Shown here in pieces: positions 40,301-52,122 of a stretch of 64,000 nucleotides of DNA. The stretch covers positions 245,455 to 309,454 of the forward strand of contig VRVR01000006.1 of NCBI GenBank assembly GCA_009859145.1, in the 5' to 3' direction. Made by a program: the position numbers and the translations under genes. Positions within the stretch are counted from its first letter, which is position 1. The number at the start of each line of letters is the position of its first letter. Origin of the DNA: Andalucia godoyi And28 (Eukaryota > Protista > Jakobida). The notes under the pieces are model-generated. The model was not told where the DNA came from, made no database searches, and saw only the letters and a program-made list of their open reading frames with translations.

Positions 40301-41899
40301 GTCACATCGGTGAATGACGGGGGGAGAGTAAGACACACGCAGTCTCTCTCTCTCTCTCTCCCTCCCTTTCCTCCCTCCCTGTCACTTGTTTGTATTTTCT
40401 TGTTTCCTGCTGTCATGTCTGTCTGTTTTTGAAATGCTACAGAGTAAATTTGTCTATCCTTTTTTTAAATAAAAAACAAAAATTTACGGGCGGATTCGCG
40501 TTCTCTTGGTTCGGCAGTTTCCCCAGTTCTTAGCTGACGTAGTCCACCAAGCAGCGTGACAGAAACATTGGCGTCCTTTTTTGGAAGGCGAACTGATCTG
40601 AACATTTCTGTTTTTGGCAGTTGAAGCGTCCATCCGAGCAAAGCGCATGCACGTTAATGTTCCACGAAGACGAATCTCAGTTCTCTTGTTATTAAAATAA
40701 AAAATAATGAATGTTACAATTTGCAAGTCGACAAGGCCCATCGGTTCTTTCCCATCTTTTTCTTCTTCTTCGTTTTCTTCTAGCCATCAACCTTTCGTAT
40801 CTTTCCTTTTCACCTTGTCGAACCTTTCACAACAAAAAAGTCGTTGTTTTATGAACAAGCTCCAGAAGACAATATGGTATTGCTGGTACCGACTCTCCAT
40901 CTAGTGTGCTGTGTCTGCGTCGAAATCCTTATTTTGGAATCCGTCTTCGTCAAATCAGCCGCCGAATTTTGGAACGTGTTTCGTTCGTTCTGCTGACATC
41001 ATTCATATTTATGTCGCTGCTTTTTTTTTTGCCAATGCTGCACCGTTCTTGACGAGCAGCACACCTGGCAAGCTGGATCTTCCGCAAGAGCACTTGTCTT
41101 TCCGTTTCATGTGCTCTGCATCCTTATGACATGCATCAACTGCATCCTTGGCGCCACTCGCAAGTCCCCATCCCACAATATATAAAAACGAGGAAATGTT
41201 TTACAGTGTAAAGAACCGCAACCCCCCCAACTCCATAAACCTGCAAAAATAAAATAAAAAAATGCATAAAGTAAATTAATTATAAAATCGCCGCCTGGGG
41301 GAAATCGCTCGTAAATTTAAACCGAGAAAAATCCAGGAGTCGACATGGGTCAACATAGTCCAGTGGAGGAGCGTTGGGATCCCGAGAAAAGCCGGGAAAC
41401 TTTTTTTAAAAATTTATTTTGCATATCGCCGCGGCTCTTTCGAAACTCGGGAACGCTTGCTTTTGGAAAAGCGTACCTTTTTTTCCCTTCTCCTTTTCTT
41501 TCTTCTGTCACTATCCTTATCCGGTTTTTTATTTAAAAATTGAGACAGTGCAATTCCACCAGAGACAGCAACAGACCGATTCTAGCTGCGCCTCCTTAAG
41601 CTCATTTGCGCACGACAGAGGAAGAAAACAGCTGGCGCTACAACAGTCTGTGTGGTTCAGTCAACAAGAAACCCACTTGTTTTCTAGGCTTTTGGACCAA
41701 TTAGCGTCTTTCGTCGCTCAGTCTGAATATTGTCAGAGGTTTACGTTTCACTGTCATTTCACAGCGCTGTTTTTTTTCTGCATTCTTGTTTTGTGTACCC
41801 CCGCGGTCTTTCCTAAATTACTATTATTTATCATCCCACTCACTGCAACCACTTCTTTGTCTGCTTTCTTAATAATAAGCGCGGTGTGCAAAAGAGAGA

Positions 41900-44800
41900 A
41901 TGGAGCGTTTGTTAGAAGCGATCTCAAGAGACGATGCACGTGCAGTGCAATCGATATTATCAGCGTCGTCGTCTGTAGCACTTCCAGATCATCGTTCGCC
42001 ATTTCTGCATGCTTGTGCATCCGGAGCGATTGCATGCGCAACTCTTTTTATTGAGCGATTGGGCCTTCGATCGACACATCGTGACAAGTCGGGGCGATCA
42101 GGTATCCATTTGGCGGCCATCAATGGGCATCCAGCGATGGTTTCGTACTTGATCCGTTGCCGAGCCTTCCATCCAGACGTGTTTTCAACTTCGGGATATA
42201 CGGCATTGATGGAGGCTGTTCGTGCAAACCAAATCTCTGTTGTGGAAACGCTGCTTTCATATGCCGGAGATGGTGGATTGAACGTGAATGTGCGCAGAGG
42301 AAAGCAGCAAGAAGGTGCAACTGCATTGCATTTTGCCGTTCGAAGCGATCACAGAACAAGAATCATGGAGCTTTTGCTGACGGCAGGGGCAAATGTCCAC
42401 ATCGCAGCGGGGTCGAACGCATGGACGCCGGCGCACGAGCTCATGGGAGCAAAACACCAGGACGAGGATATGCTGCGGCTGCTTATGTTGCACGATGTTT
42501 CTGTATTGGAGGACAAGGACGTGAGAGGAAGAACACCGGTCCATGTTGCTGCTGCCGCTGGGAACTCCGCATTTCTGTCGATTGCAGTGGCTGTGCTGAG
42601 GAAGCAGCCACCAAAGTCCGCCGGAGTCGTGATCGGACTCACCAGGGCGCCGGTCGATGATACGGACGGACAAGGAAGAAGTGCGTTGCATCTGGCTGCG
42701 GAGGCCGGATCTGCGTCATGCATTCGTCTTCTGATCGCCGCGGGAGCCAATGTGCATGCTCAAGATCATTCCGGCATGCGCCCCGTGCATTGTGCTGCAT
42801 CGTGCAGGGAGCAGGACGCAGGGGATTGCGTCAAGATTCTTATGGCTTATGAACGCCAGGCACAGGACAGGTCGGGCTCGCAAGCAGGGAGCGTCTCCAA
42901 CCGGGGTCTTTCATCGGCGGCGTCATTCATTTCTGCGAATGACGGAGACATCGGGCCACTTGGATCGGCAGCGCTTACTCCGTTGCATGTTGCTGTCATA
43001 AGCGGTTCTGAGCATGCGGTTGCATCCCTGGTGGAAACGTGCCGTGCGGATACAATCTGCCGAGTCTACGGTGACGATTATTGTGCCACTCCACTCCACT
43101 TGGCTTGCCTTAGTCCCTCTGTCTCCATCCTGCAGTTGTTGCTGCGGAATTCCTCTGCGAGCCCGATAAATCATTCGCAGAGGGAGCACCAACAGCAACA
43201 GCAATTTTCTGTTGAACTCCTTGTTCCCGATTCGCTCGGCCGATCACCTCTGTTTGCAGCAGTTATTGCGGATCGCGTGGACGTCGCTCGTGTTCTTTTG
43301 GAATATGTCGATTTCCAATGGACACCAAAGCTCTTGCTGGACTATCGCAAGGAACGCTTTGGGGCAAATGAAAAAGCCGATCTTAGCAGCTCGACGAACT
43401 CCTTTGCAGTTTCTGGAACGGGGGACCGTGTGAGACTGAATGCAACGACCGGCGCTTTTCGGATCAGTCGATTCTTCAGTTTTAAAGATGGTCAGGGACG
43501 AAATGTCTTTATGGCTGCGCAGTCGCTTGCCATGCTTGACCTCCTAGTGTCTTTTTTGGGTCGCGTGTCAGTCGCGGAAGTCGCTGCTATCGCGGAAAGC
43601 GTGGACTTTGATGGTCTCGGCGTATTGCATTATTTCGCAAGTCGCGGATGGGGAGATGGCATTCGTTATTGGATTGAGTGGTGCTCCGGCAAACGTGTTT
43701 CGGCTCTTGTTGGCTCCGTTTCTATACTACATCTTGCTTGCGAGTTGGCGGAGCCATTTGCACTGCGGTCTTTAGCACCCGTCTTATCGATGCAATACTT
43801 GTCGGATCACGGATTTCCGCGAAAGTGTTCCGAGTCATGTGCTTCTGCGCTAATCTCCTTGTTTCCGTTCCTGACCACCCGAAGGGACACTGTTACGCAA
43901 GCTATTTTGGGCAAGTCCTCTTGCGGAACGATACGCATTCTTCTCGAATCAAACTGCCCTGTCGACCAGGAGTCGTTGATCGAAGCCATCAAGTCCGGAG
44001 ATGAGACGTTGGTTAAGCTTGTGATTTCCGAATTGAACCGCCAGTCTTCTTTGAATGCCAAGGTGGCTAGCAATGCAGCCCGGCCTTCATCTCTGCTGTC
44101 CAGTTGTGTTTTCTATGCTTTTCAGTTTTCCCAGTTTCAAATGATTCCTATTATTCTTGGAAACTCAAAACCAGAAGTTGACCGTTTCGGACGGGATGTT
44201 TTGCACTATGCCTTGTTCTTTGGGGCCCCAGCGGAGCTTGTGCATGATCTCATTCGTCACCATGACATCACACTCCGACTCTCGCATGTTGCAGCGCTGG
44301 TCCTTGGTGGCTGCGGAACTGCTGAAGTCCTGCGATTCCTTGTTCGATCTGTCGCGAACAATCGCGAGTATTGGTTGACGGCAAGAATGCTTGGTTCTTT
44401 GATGGGGCAAGCATGGGTGCTCAAGACTGCACAAGAGGATGGTATTTCCTTGGAATCGGACCAGGAATCTGTCAGCATTCCGGCAACAGTATTGGATGGC
44501 GATTTCATTCCACACGATTTTGATTCGAAGTCGTCGATTTCAGGAGATTCTGGGAATCTCGTGACGTCTCTAGTCCATTTGGACAGTCTCTGCGGTATAT
44601 CGTCGGAAATTGACGTGATAGACAGCCATGGAAATACGCCTGGTCATTATGCTGCAGTGATGGGCCATGTGAACGCCATCAAGGATCCCCATACGTTGAA
44701 TCAAAATGGCATTTCGCCTTCCATGATCCTTCTTGCGCAGAACATGATTCCGGCATTTTTAGAGCGATCCTGCCCAGCTGAGTTGGCGTTCTACTCGATG

Positions 44801-46516
44801 ACCATCGGTTCCCCATTCATTCCGCGGCAGTTTACGCATCTTACAGATTTTCGAGGACGGTCGCTCTTGCACTATGCAGTGGCATTCAATCGTATGGATA
44901 TGGTGCGGTTCATTGTGGATCGGGCACCGGAGCTGCTGAATGTTCCAGACGGAGATGATTGGCTGCCTTCTCATTACGCTTGCTCCAAAGAATGCGTTGC
45001 GCTGCTTTCTGCTGTTTTGGAAAAAGCCGGAACTCTCGTGGAAAAGACACCCAAGCGACCGTCTGAAGACATGGATAACCGTCCGGGAATTCTCATCGCG
45101 GCGTCCTGTGCCTCTCAAGAACCGGGACTGTTGCGTCAGTTGATATCTTCAAGACTGATTCATCCTTGGGAGTATGTCTTGTGGATATGTTCGATGCGGG
45201 ATCCGAATGCAGAAGATGACGATCTTGTTCAATACGAACTCGAAAAAGATGTTGACATGGACGGGACTTGTCTTGCAATTCCTGTGTACTTTGACTCCCC
45301 GAACCTCTTTCAACTGGTGCTGGAGAGGTCGCGCAAGCTTCCGCTTAGCGCGCTGTTTCGTGTGTCGTACATCCCGGATGAGACATCATCCATTATGGAG
45401 ATCCTTACTCGTGTCGACGTGTCCTATCTCGACATGTTTGTTAACGAGTTACTGCTTCGCGCACAGTCCATCAAGAACAGCTTGGGAGCTGCAAAATGCA
45501 GGAGGTTCCTGAATCTCTTGTATTCGAAGATATCCCCGTTCTTAGCGCCCGCCTGCAGTCGCCGGCAGGAGCTCGAATCTGTTATGGAAAAGCTTGTTGA
45601 GCTGTTGAAAGTCAGTGCTGACGTGTCTCTCCGTCAGTCGTCATCGGATTTCGTTGCAGTCATGAAGCGTGCGGGCTCGTGGCACCAAAGCTTACGTTCC
45701 ACTGGATCATCCACGTCAACGGCTTCTCCCACCTCAAAGTCTCGAAACTCGCTCGACACTTCTCTGGATGCCAAGTTGGATGCGCTTGATGTTTTGCTGC
45801 TAAGCGCAGCGCAGCCCATCAGCGACGCTGTTGTTATTGAAGAAGGTTTGGACAGCATCGATGATGAAGTTCATGCGGACGCATGTTTATCCGTATGGGG
45901 TAAATCAATTCTTGATGTTCCAGCTCGTCGACGAGTTGCAGTCTTGGCCGCGTCACGTGCAAGACTTTCCGAGTGCGCAGCATTGATTTTCGAGGACGAC
46001 GGGACGATGATCCACGGAGCTCCGCTGTCCGACATCTTTTCACGAATTGCCTGCACTGATTATGAAGCGGGCGAACACGTCACGAAGTTCGTTGGGCAAT
46101 GTTTGCCATTTGTCAGTTGGAGCGCCTTCATCCAGCCATGTCTGATTTCTGCGTACCTCGGGTATGCGCAGACCTTGCGAGGCTTTCTGACTGCTCTTGG
46201 CCCCAATTCTGCTATTTTGGTTGCGGAAGGAAAGGATGAGGACGGTCGATCACTGGCTCACTGGGCTGCATCGGTTCAGGTGATTGATACGATTTGCGAC
46301 TTTGTGGATCCTTCATTCGTTCCTGACGTGCTGTCATCGGTGGACACCAACGGAATGGGCGTTATACATTTTTCTGCACTGCTTGGGCGAGTTGATGTTG
46401 CAAAGAACCTTTTATCACGTCACGTTGATGACGTGGATGGGCGCGGCATCGCAATTGGGGATTATGTTTCAAGCCAGAAAGCTCTCCGGGATATGTGGGG
46501 GAGCGCATCTCCTTGA
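41900..46516 (+). CDS. Large ankyrin-repeat protein (1538 aa)
   Basis: Many G.TPLH/ALH.AA repeats (GRSGIHLAA, GATALHFAV, GRTPVHVAA, GRSALHLAA, GRSLLHYAV). Confidence 0.92.
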   Translation: MERLLEAISRDDARAVQSILSASSSVALPDHRSPFLHACASGAIACATLFIERLGLRSTHRDKSGRSGIHLAAINGHPAMVSYLIRCRAFHPDVFSTSGYTALMEAVRANQISVVETLLSYAGDGGLNVNVRRGKQQEGATALHFAVRSDHRTRIMELLLTAGANVHIAAGSNAWTPAHELMGAKHQDEDMLRLLMLHDVSVLEDKDVRGRTPVHVAAAAGNSAFLSIAVAVLRKQPPKSAGVVIGLTRAPVDDTDGQGRSALHLAAEAGSASCIRLLIAAGANVHAQDHSGMRPVHCAASCREQDAGDCVKILMAYERQAQDRSGSQAGSVSNRGLSSAASFISANDGDIGPLGSAALTPLHVAVISGSEHAVASLVETCRADTICRVYGDDYCATPLHLACLSPSVSILQLLLRNSSASPINHSQREHQQQQQFSVELLVPDSLGRSPLFAAVIADRVDVARVLLEYVDFQWTPKLLLDYRKERFGANEKADLSSSTNSFAVSGTGDRVRLNATTGAFRISRFFSFKDGQGRNVFMAAQSLAMLDLLVSFLGRVSVAEVAAIAESVDFDGLGVLHYFASRGWGDGIRYWIEWCSGKRVSALVGSVSILHLACELAEPFALRSLAPVLSMQYLSDHGFPRKCSESCASALISLFPFLTTRRDTVTQAILGKSSCGTIRILLESNCPVDQESLIEAIKSGDETLVKLVISELNRQSSLNAKVASNAARPSSLLSSCVFYAFQFSQFQMIPIILGNSKPEVDRFGRDVLHYALFFGAPAELVHDLIRHHDITLRLSHVAALVLGGCGTAEVLRFLVRSVANNREYWLTARMLGSLMGQAWVLKTAQEDGISLESDQESVSIPATVLDGDFIPHDFDSKSSISGDSGNLVTSLVHLDSLCGISSEIDVIDSHGNTPGHYAAVMGHVNAIKDPHTLNQNGISPSMILLAQNMIPAFLERSCPAELAFYSMTIGSPFIPRQFTHLTDFRGRSLLHYAVAFNRMDMVRFIVDRAPELLNVPDGDDWLPSHYACSKECVALLSAVLEKAGTLVEKTPKRPSEDMDNRPGILIAASCASQEPGLLRQLISSRLIHPWEYVLWICSMRDPNAEDDDLVQYELEKDVDMDGTCLAIPVYFDSPNLFQLVLERSRKLPLSALFRVSYIPDETSSIMEILTRVDVSYLDMFVNELLLRAQSIKNSLGAAKCRRFLNLLYSKISPFLAPACSRRQELESVMEKLVELLKVSADVSLRQSSSDFVAVMKRAGSWHQSLRSTGSSTSTASPTSKSRNSLDTSLDAKLDALDVLLLSAAQPISDAVVIEEGLDSIDDEVHADACLSVWGKSILDVPARRRVAVLAASRARLSECAALIFEDDGTMIHGAPLSDIFSRIACTDYEAGEHVTKFVGQCLPFVSWSAFIQPCLISAYLGYAQTLRGFLTALGPNSAILVAEGKDEDGRSLAHWAASVQVIDTICDFVDPSFVPDVLSSVDTNGMGVIHFSALLGRVDVAKNLLSRHVDDVDGRGIAIGDYVSSQKALRDMWGSASP

Positions 46517-46712
46517 TCAGCTGTGAAGATGTTTCTCTCCGTTTTCCTTCCCTCCCTACCCCGCCATGAATGCCTCCTTTTTGAAGGCTTTTTCTTCATG
46601 TTGACTGTGTATGTTCATTCGCGCCTTTCTTCTCGTACAGATTACTGCAAATTCTGATGCTCGCCACCTTAAATTATTTGTGTAAACGAACGGTATGACC
46701 GGTTTTGTGTAT

Positions 46713-48449
46713 TCAATCGTCATCGTCCAGAGACATTGCACAACTGCGGCAAAGGAGTGCGCTGCTAGAAGAACCTCCCACAAGACGCAGAGCATCCGTT
46801 GCAGGATCCGTATCAACTGCAAGATTTTCCATCCAGTACAAGGCTCCGAGTACGAGATCCGCGCCGTTCCACAGGAGTATCCAAGAAGTGCCCGAGTCAT
46901 CGGACAGACGATAGCTTTGTGGTTCAGGGTGTCTGTCCTCTCCCAAAGCCGAGCTGACGGATAAGGACTCCGACCCATGGCATGTCGCTGTTGCAGTGGA
47001 TGGGACGGACTGAGAATTGAAGTCATAGTCGATTTTCCAGTCGTCCTCATCCAGATCCATTAATTCGGATGCTATCTGCTCCACAAGAGGACTGCAAACT
47101 GTTGTTGTTGTTGTTGCTGTTGTTGCTGCCGTCATCGACATTTGCGAAGCACTGCTGATTGCAACGGCGTCGATTCGGACGAGAATGCTGAGATTCACCA
47201 TCTTGTCAAGAATGTCGCACAACCGAAGTCGCGGAACACACAACTTGCAATCCATTTCGCCGTTTGTATGTTTTGGAATGGGTGCGTGCTCCATCACAGG
47301 AAACACACCGTATGCAGTTCTCATCTGCAACGGAACGTTGACAATCGCGGGTTTCCCAGCAGGACTCAGAAATACCGTGCTGTGATCGGACAACATCAAG
47401 TCAAAAGGAGCGGTTTCATCTTGTGACGGCACAAGCGTACAGTTCTGGATCACCAAAACATCATCTGCTGCAACCAGCCTGAACAGCTGACCGTGTTTGC
47501 ATAATGCAGGAACACCAGAAGCCTCCCGCACAAGCATCCCAGTGTGCGAAACGTGGACCACGCGGAAGACTCCCGCATTCGACGGGGGTTTTGAGACCTC
47601 GGGGCTTGGAGGCGAATTCTCTGACAGCAGCACACAGAGGTCTGTGGTCGGAAGCAAATACATGGTTTTCCCATGCGAGACTGAATGAGCATTTGTCACC
47701 CGGATCGTCTTTCCAGGAGCCAGACGAAAGCCATCATGATCGCACGCGACCTCGCTAACAATCGAGTAAAGCGAACGGTGCAGATATGCAAACATCGAGC
47801 AGCTTGAACTCGCATCGCAAATTTCCAGAATAAACGTTTCCGAATGGTTGTCCAACTTTCGAATATTCCTGACATCCACTTCCAAAACATCACATTTGCG
47901 AACTTCTCTTCTTTCACACACAGATTCCACCGAAGTCACATCTACTCGCAGCAATCACAACGGCAACAGCACACGCAATGCAGAATATCCACATCAGAAT
48001 CCACTGAATGAACAGTCTAACCAGAAACGTCAGACAAACAGACAAACAAACAAACAAACAAACATACGTGAAGAAAGCCCTCTTCGAAAGTCTGCTTTCA
48101 AAGATTGCCACTAAATCACAATTTAAAAAATTTAAAATAATGACAAGCCATATCACAAGCGTATATAAGCGAACATCCAGCCAGAGAAAAACACGACGTT
48201 AGAAACTCATCCTATCAACAAAAGCAAGAAAACAAACAACCAAACGCAAATCAGCAGAAATAAAGTGTAACGAGAGAAAGAGAAAGAGAAAGAGAAAGAG
48301 AGAGAGAGAATGTACCGATTGGATCAGTTCCGCAAGAGCAATCGTCGATGAAATTCCATTTGGGTACTTTTTCATGAGTTCGATGGTTCGTTTGCAAACA
48401 AATGAGAACGGAATCGGTTGAAACGGCTGCTCATTCCCTCTTGACGGCG

Positions 48450-48481
<32 letters not shown>

Positions 48482-48727
48482 CGTCTTTGAAAATGCACAG
48501 TAAGCTGATTCTGCAAATAATGCACAGCACGCAACACACACTCCATACTCCAAACCAATGTATGTACGTATATCTGTATTGTAAGCACTCTTGTCCCAAC
48601 CCTTTCCCAGTCCCCTGCTCGCTTGTGGTCCATGTATCCCGGTACGTACGTAAAGGGAAGCCAAGTGCTTCAATTCGTGTCCAAATCGCAAACAGATTGA
48701 AAAATGGGGGAAATCCGGCGCTGCCAC
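46713..48727 (-). CDS. Multi-exon putative OB-fold ssDNA-binding protein; 5' exon structure unresolved
   Basis: Last exon 46713..47941 contains OB-like strands (LEICDAS, VNLSILVRI, YRLSDDSGTSWILLW). Upstream GTATGT (48067), GTACAT (48315) and GTACGT donors bracket protein-like exons. Confidence 0.45.
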
Positions 48728-48759
48728 CTATCGTAGAAGCGAGTATTCTTGCTGGTCTT

Positions 48760-50429
48760 TGAGCCGACCGAAGTCGATTTCGCATGGCTGCGCATTTCTG
48801 TTCTATCTCTGTTCCTACTCGTTACCAAGATGCGATTTCGAATATATGCATCGTCCACAACAAGATCTCTTTGTATCTCAAAAATCGTCGCTTTTGGCTG
48901 CCTTCCTGCAGAGTTGTGTTTTTTGATTAATTAGGTCATAAAAGCATCATGCATTTCTGTTTTTCTCTGTGCTGTTCATGTATTCAGTGCATCGGCATGC
49001 GCCTGCATCGACAAGGAGCTGCTCAACGGAGTTCTGCACTCTTGTGTTCTTCTGTGATATCGCCGTTTCACGCCTTGTTCTTGAAGATCCGTGATTGCGC
49101 CACTGCCAGCGGACGACAGACAGCCCCATCACGACGCCTGTCGCGCGCTCACCGGTCCAAAGTGCAACAATGAGACCAAAAACTGAGGATGACAGCACAT
49201 TTTACATTGAAAAGTACAGCTCACCGATTGCACCAAACGAACTCGCTGATGTCCAGCAGCACTTCCCGCTCTACCCATATCGAGAAACTGTGCAGCCAGA
49301 AGCACTTGTGCCAGTGAAACCGTCATCTCCACATCCAGGCAATCGTCCTGCGGACCCGTTTGCTGCTGTGGTGTTTTGCACTTGCCGTTTTCTTTTTACT
49401 TCTGTTCCTGTCCTGATGTGTTTTCAGAGATTGCGTAAACAGAATTTGGATATCTACGACGTGTTTGCTGCAACCCTCAACAAATCGCCACAGCATCCTG
49501 CTCCTGATGCAACAGTCGACTTGAGCCTTCAATCGCCGGTGCTTTCGGAATCGCCCATCGACCTGATCATCGACACATCTCCTCGGGACTTGGGATCCCC
49601 GGAGCAATCGCAATTTGCACCGCCTGCGCCCACCGTCGTCTCTGTCATCACATTCGAAGAGGGAGCGCCAGTGTATTTCGATGTTCCAGGGGCAAGCAAA
49701 CTGGCCTCCCGTGAGACAGCCTGGAGTTGTCGCAGAGCGGATGCGCAACCGAAGAACAGGGAAATCCGATGGATCCGTACAAGGTCCTCTTTGAAGGAAA
49801 GCTAGTTGAGCCTGCGATGAAGTCTTCTGCTCTCGTGGCACTTGCTCCCAAGGGAACAAACCAAGATACGCAACTCCGAGCCATGTTCCAAAAATACCAA
49901 AGCCAAGAGACAGTGGAAACGATATCCGTCTCCGAAGCTGGGATGAAGCATTCAACGGGTGTCGAGCCAATATTGTCAAACGACGGACCGCGCTTCTGTA
50001 ACTGTAGGAGAGCGAAAAAGAAATGCTCCAACTCACACTGTCCATGCATCAAGAACAACCGTCGGTGCGCCGCGTGGTGCCACGAAGGCGACTCGTGCGC
50101 GAATGTGTGACCGAAGGTGGCCACCATGAGAATGATGAGTGCTGGACATATCCTCTTTGCTCAACGACTGCGCACACGCTGCATCTCGCCCTTCCCTCGA
50201 CATTCCGACATGCTGGGACTTCTGCGACAGCGCAAGGAGCAAAAACCTACTTGTCATTGAGAACCTACACCGATAAAAAGGAGGGAGAGCAGGCACAAAG
50301 CTTCCAACATATTCAAAGCACGAGTTCGCATAGGCAGGAATCAGGCGAACACGAGTTCGCATGAAAATCGACTTCGGTCGTCCAGCCATGCGAACTCGAG
50401 TTCGCCTAAAATCGACTTGGGTCGTAACA
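48760..50429 (+). mobile_element. Decayed, non-autonomous Ginger-type DNA transposon (KRBA2/SCAND3-like integrase family)
   Basis: 48765-48780 is the exact reverse complement of 50365-50380, and 48781-48790 of 50383-50392. The right end reads ...GTCGTAACA (TGT terminus). An internal Cys-cluster fragment is present; no TSD or integrase core was seen. Confidence 0.6.
49727..50110 (+). pseudogene. C-terminal fragment of a KRBA2/SCAND3-like transposase (Cys cluster)
   Basis: TISVSEA...CNCRRAKKKCSNSHCPCIKNNRRCAAWCHEGDSCANV* matches the recalled pattern ISLREAA..GQG..CNC..C...C.C......C...CH....C.N; it is out of frame with the upstream 49095 ORF. Confidence 0.55.
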
Positions 50430-50562
50430 ATTCCTCCTATGTTGGCGAACGACTTCGATTGCATTGCAGTATGCGCTCATCGCCGACAAGACTGATCTGC
50501 CGTCTTTTTTTGGATTCGTATCGGCAACATCGGACACAGCTAAGGTAGAGGTTGGACGGAGA

Positions 50563-52122
50563 ATGAGTACGGTATTTTCCACGTCGCAGAATGTAGTTTC
50601 TCGATTCAAGGCGGTTCAAAATCGCCAAGAGTTTGTCGAGTTGATGAACGAATGCCTTGAGATTCCGTCGAATCTTCTTCCAAGTTTCGCATCGGAGATG
50701 CTTTCGTATCCGCGATTTTTCGATCTTTTTCAATCTGCGATATGCGATTTCGAATCCGATTCCATTTCTAATTCTGAGTCGCATTCGCACTCACGACTTG
50801 CAAATACTGCGTCTCCGTCGACGACTTCCTTATCCTCTCACCACAGCAACAACGCCAATGACAGTGATGGCAATGACAACAAGATGACGGGGTCCATTGT
50901 TTATTCGACGTATTCGGCAAGTGAAGTGTGCTGCATGGCGGTCGCAGAGTGGGTGTGTGCTTCAGACTCGCTTGGTGTTCAGAATCTCGCGCTTTCTCTC
51001 ATGCCGATCATCATCCGAGAGTCGCTACTGTGCAGAAATGAGGCGAAAGCATGCCTGGATGCGTGTGTTTTGTCGCTTTTTAACAAGATTGTCGCAGAGA
51101 GCAATTCATTTTCCCAGGTTTTTGTCGAAAGTGCCACGGCCGATCCTACAAGAAATGCAGCGATTGCACAGTCTGGCGAGGTAACGACGACCATTGGTGC
51201 AAAACCGGATATCCAGCAGCAACTGCCTGGCTCCCTGGTGTCGATGTACTCCCTCAGTGCAAAAGCGATGGTCAGCGTGAATGCGACTGGTGGTCTTCCA
51301 GCGTCTGGCTCGATGGTGTACGCATTGACAGCTGGAATCCCAGATATGTCTGTTCCTAGCGTGTTTCACTCGGAAGATGACAAGGTGGCTTCTCGATCGG
51401 GCTTGACTCGCGATCGATTGGAAGCCCACAATCTCGCTTCTCTTTCGAAAAAGAGCTCTGGTCCACCGTCTCTTGTGTCTGGACAAGCTGCAACTGGAGC
51501 TAGAGCGGGGGCTCTGGGAATCGCAACAGGCGGCCCTGGGGGTGGTGTCGGCGTCAATGCTGCAAGCGGGTTTTCGATTGTGCCAGCTGCTGAACTTCCG
51601 GAAACAACAAGGGCAATCGCATATGGAAAGATCATGTTGCTTGTCATGGAGAGATATGCTCAATTCCCTGCACATGTGACTGCAGAATGGCTGCGAACGT
51701 GGTGCCGCGTTCTTTCCGTCGGGCGTAAGTTTGACTTTGACGTGCGCAACAGTAAGAGTGTACCATTCCTTATATGCCATCACTCGCTGGAAGCTATGGC
51801 AGAACTCCAAGTTGCGCTGAAGAGAAATTTCCAGCACAATGAAGCCACGGTGTCGGAAGCGGCCGTGGATGTGCAGCTTCAGGCAGACGCATCAGCGGTC
51901 CACATCGGGTCCGTGGCTCTTGTGCCGATCGCGCAGTTCGCTGCAAAGGGACTCTATTCCTCGAAAAAGACTGCCGAAACCGTGGACTTGTCTTTGCGCA
52001 TTCTGCAGATTGTGCACTTGATTTCCTGGCAACAAGATCTCGTGCACATCCTTCGACTGACAACCGCTGCTCTCGAATCCTGGTGCGATGTTCAGCAATC
52101 CCTCCCTGGAACCCACAGATGA
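50563..52122 (+). CDS. FAM126: Hyccin/FAM126 (PI4KIIIalpha complex subunit); may extend upstream via the TTGCAG acceptor at about 50469
   Basis: QNLALSLMPIIIRESL, CLDACVLSLFNKIV and IPDMSVPSVFH motifs. Confidence 0.7.
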   Translation: MSTVFSTSQNVVSRFKAVQNRQEFVELMNECLEIPSNLLPSFASEMLSYPRFFDLFQSAICDFESDSISNSESHSHSRLANTASPSTTSLSSHHSNNANDSDGNDNKMTGSIVYSTYSASEVCCMAVAEWVCASDSLGVQNLALSLMPIIIRESLLCRNEAKACLDACVLSLFNKIVAESNSFSQVFVESATADPTRNAAIAQSGEVTTTIGAKPDIQQQLPGSLVSMYSLSAKAMVSVNATGGLPASGSMVYALTAGIPDMSVPSVFHSEDDKVASRSGLTRDRLEAHNLASLSKKSSGPPSLVSGQAATGARAGALGIATGGPGGGVGVNAASGFSIVPAAELPETTRAIAYGKIMLLVMERYAQFPAHVTAEWLRTWCRVLSVGRKFDFDVRNSKSVPFLICHHSLEAMAELQVALKRNFQHNEATVSEAAVDVQLQADASAVHIGSVALVPIAQFAAKGLYSSKKTAETVDLSLRILQIVHLISWQQDLVHILRLTTAALESWCDVQQSLPGTHR

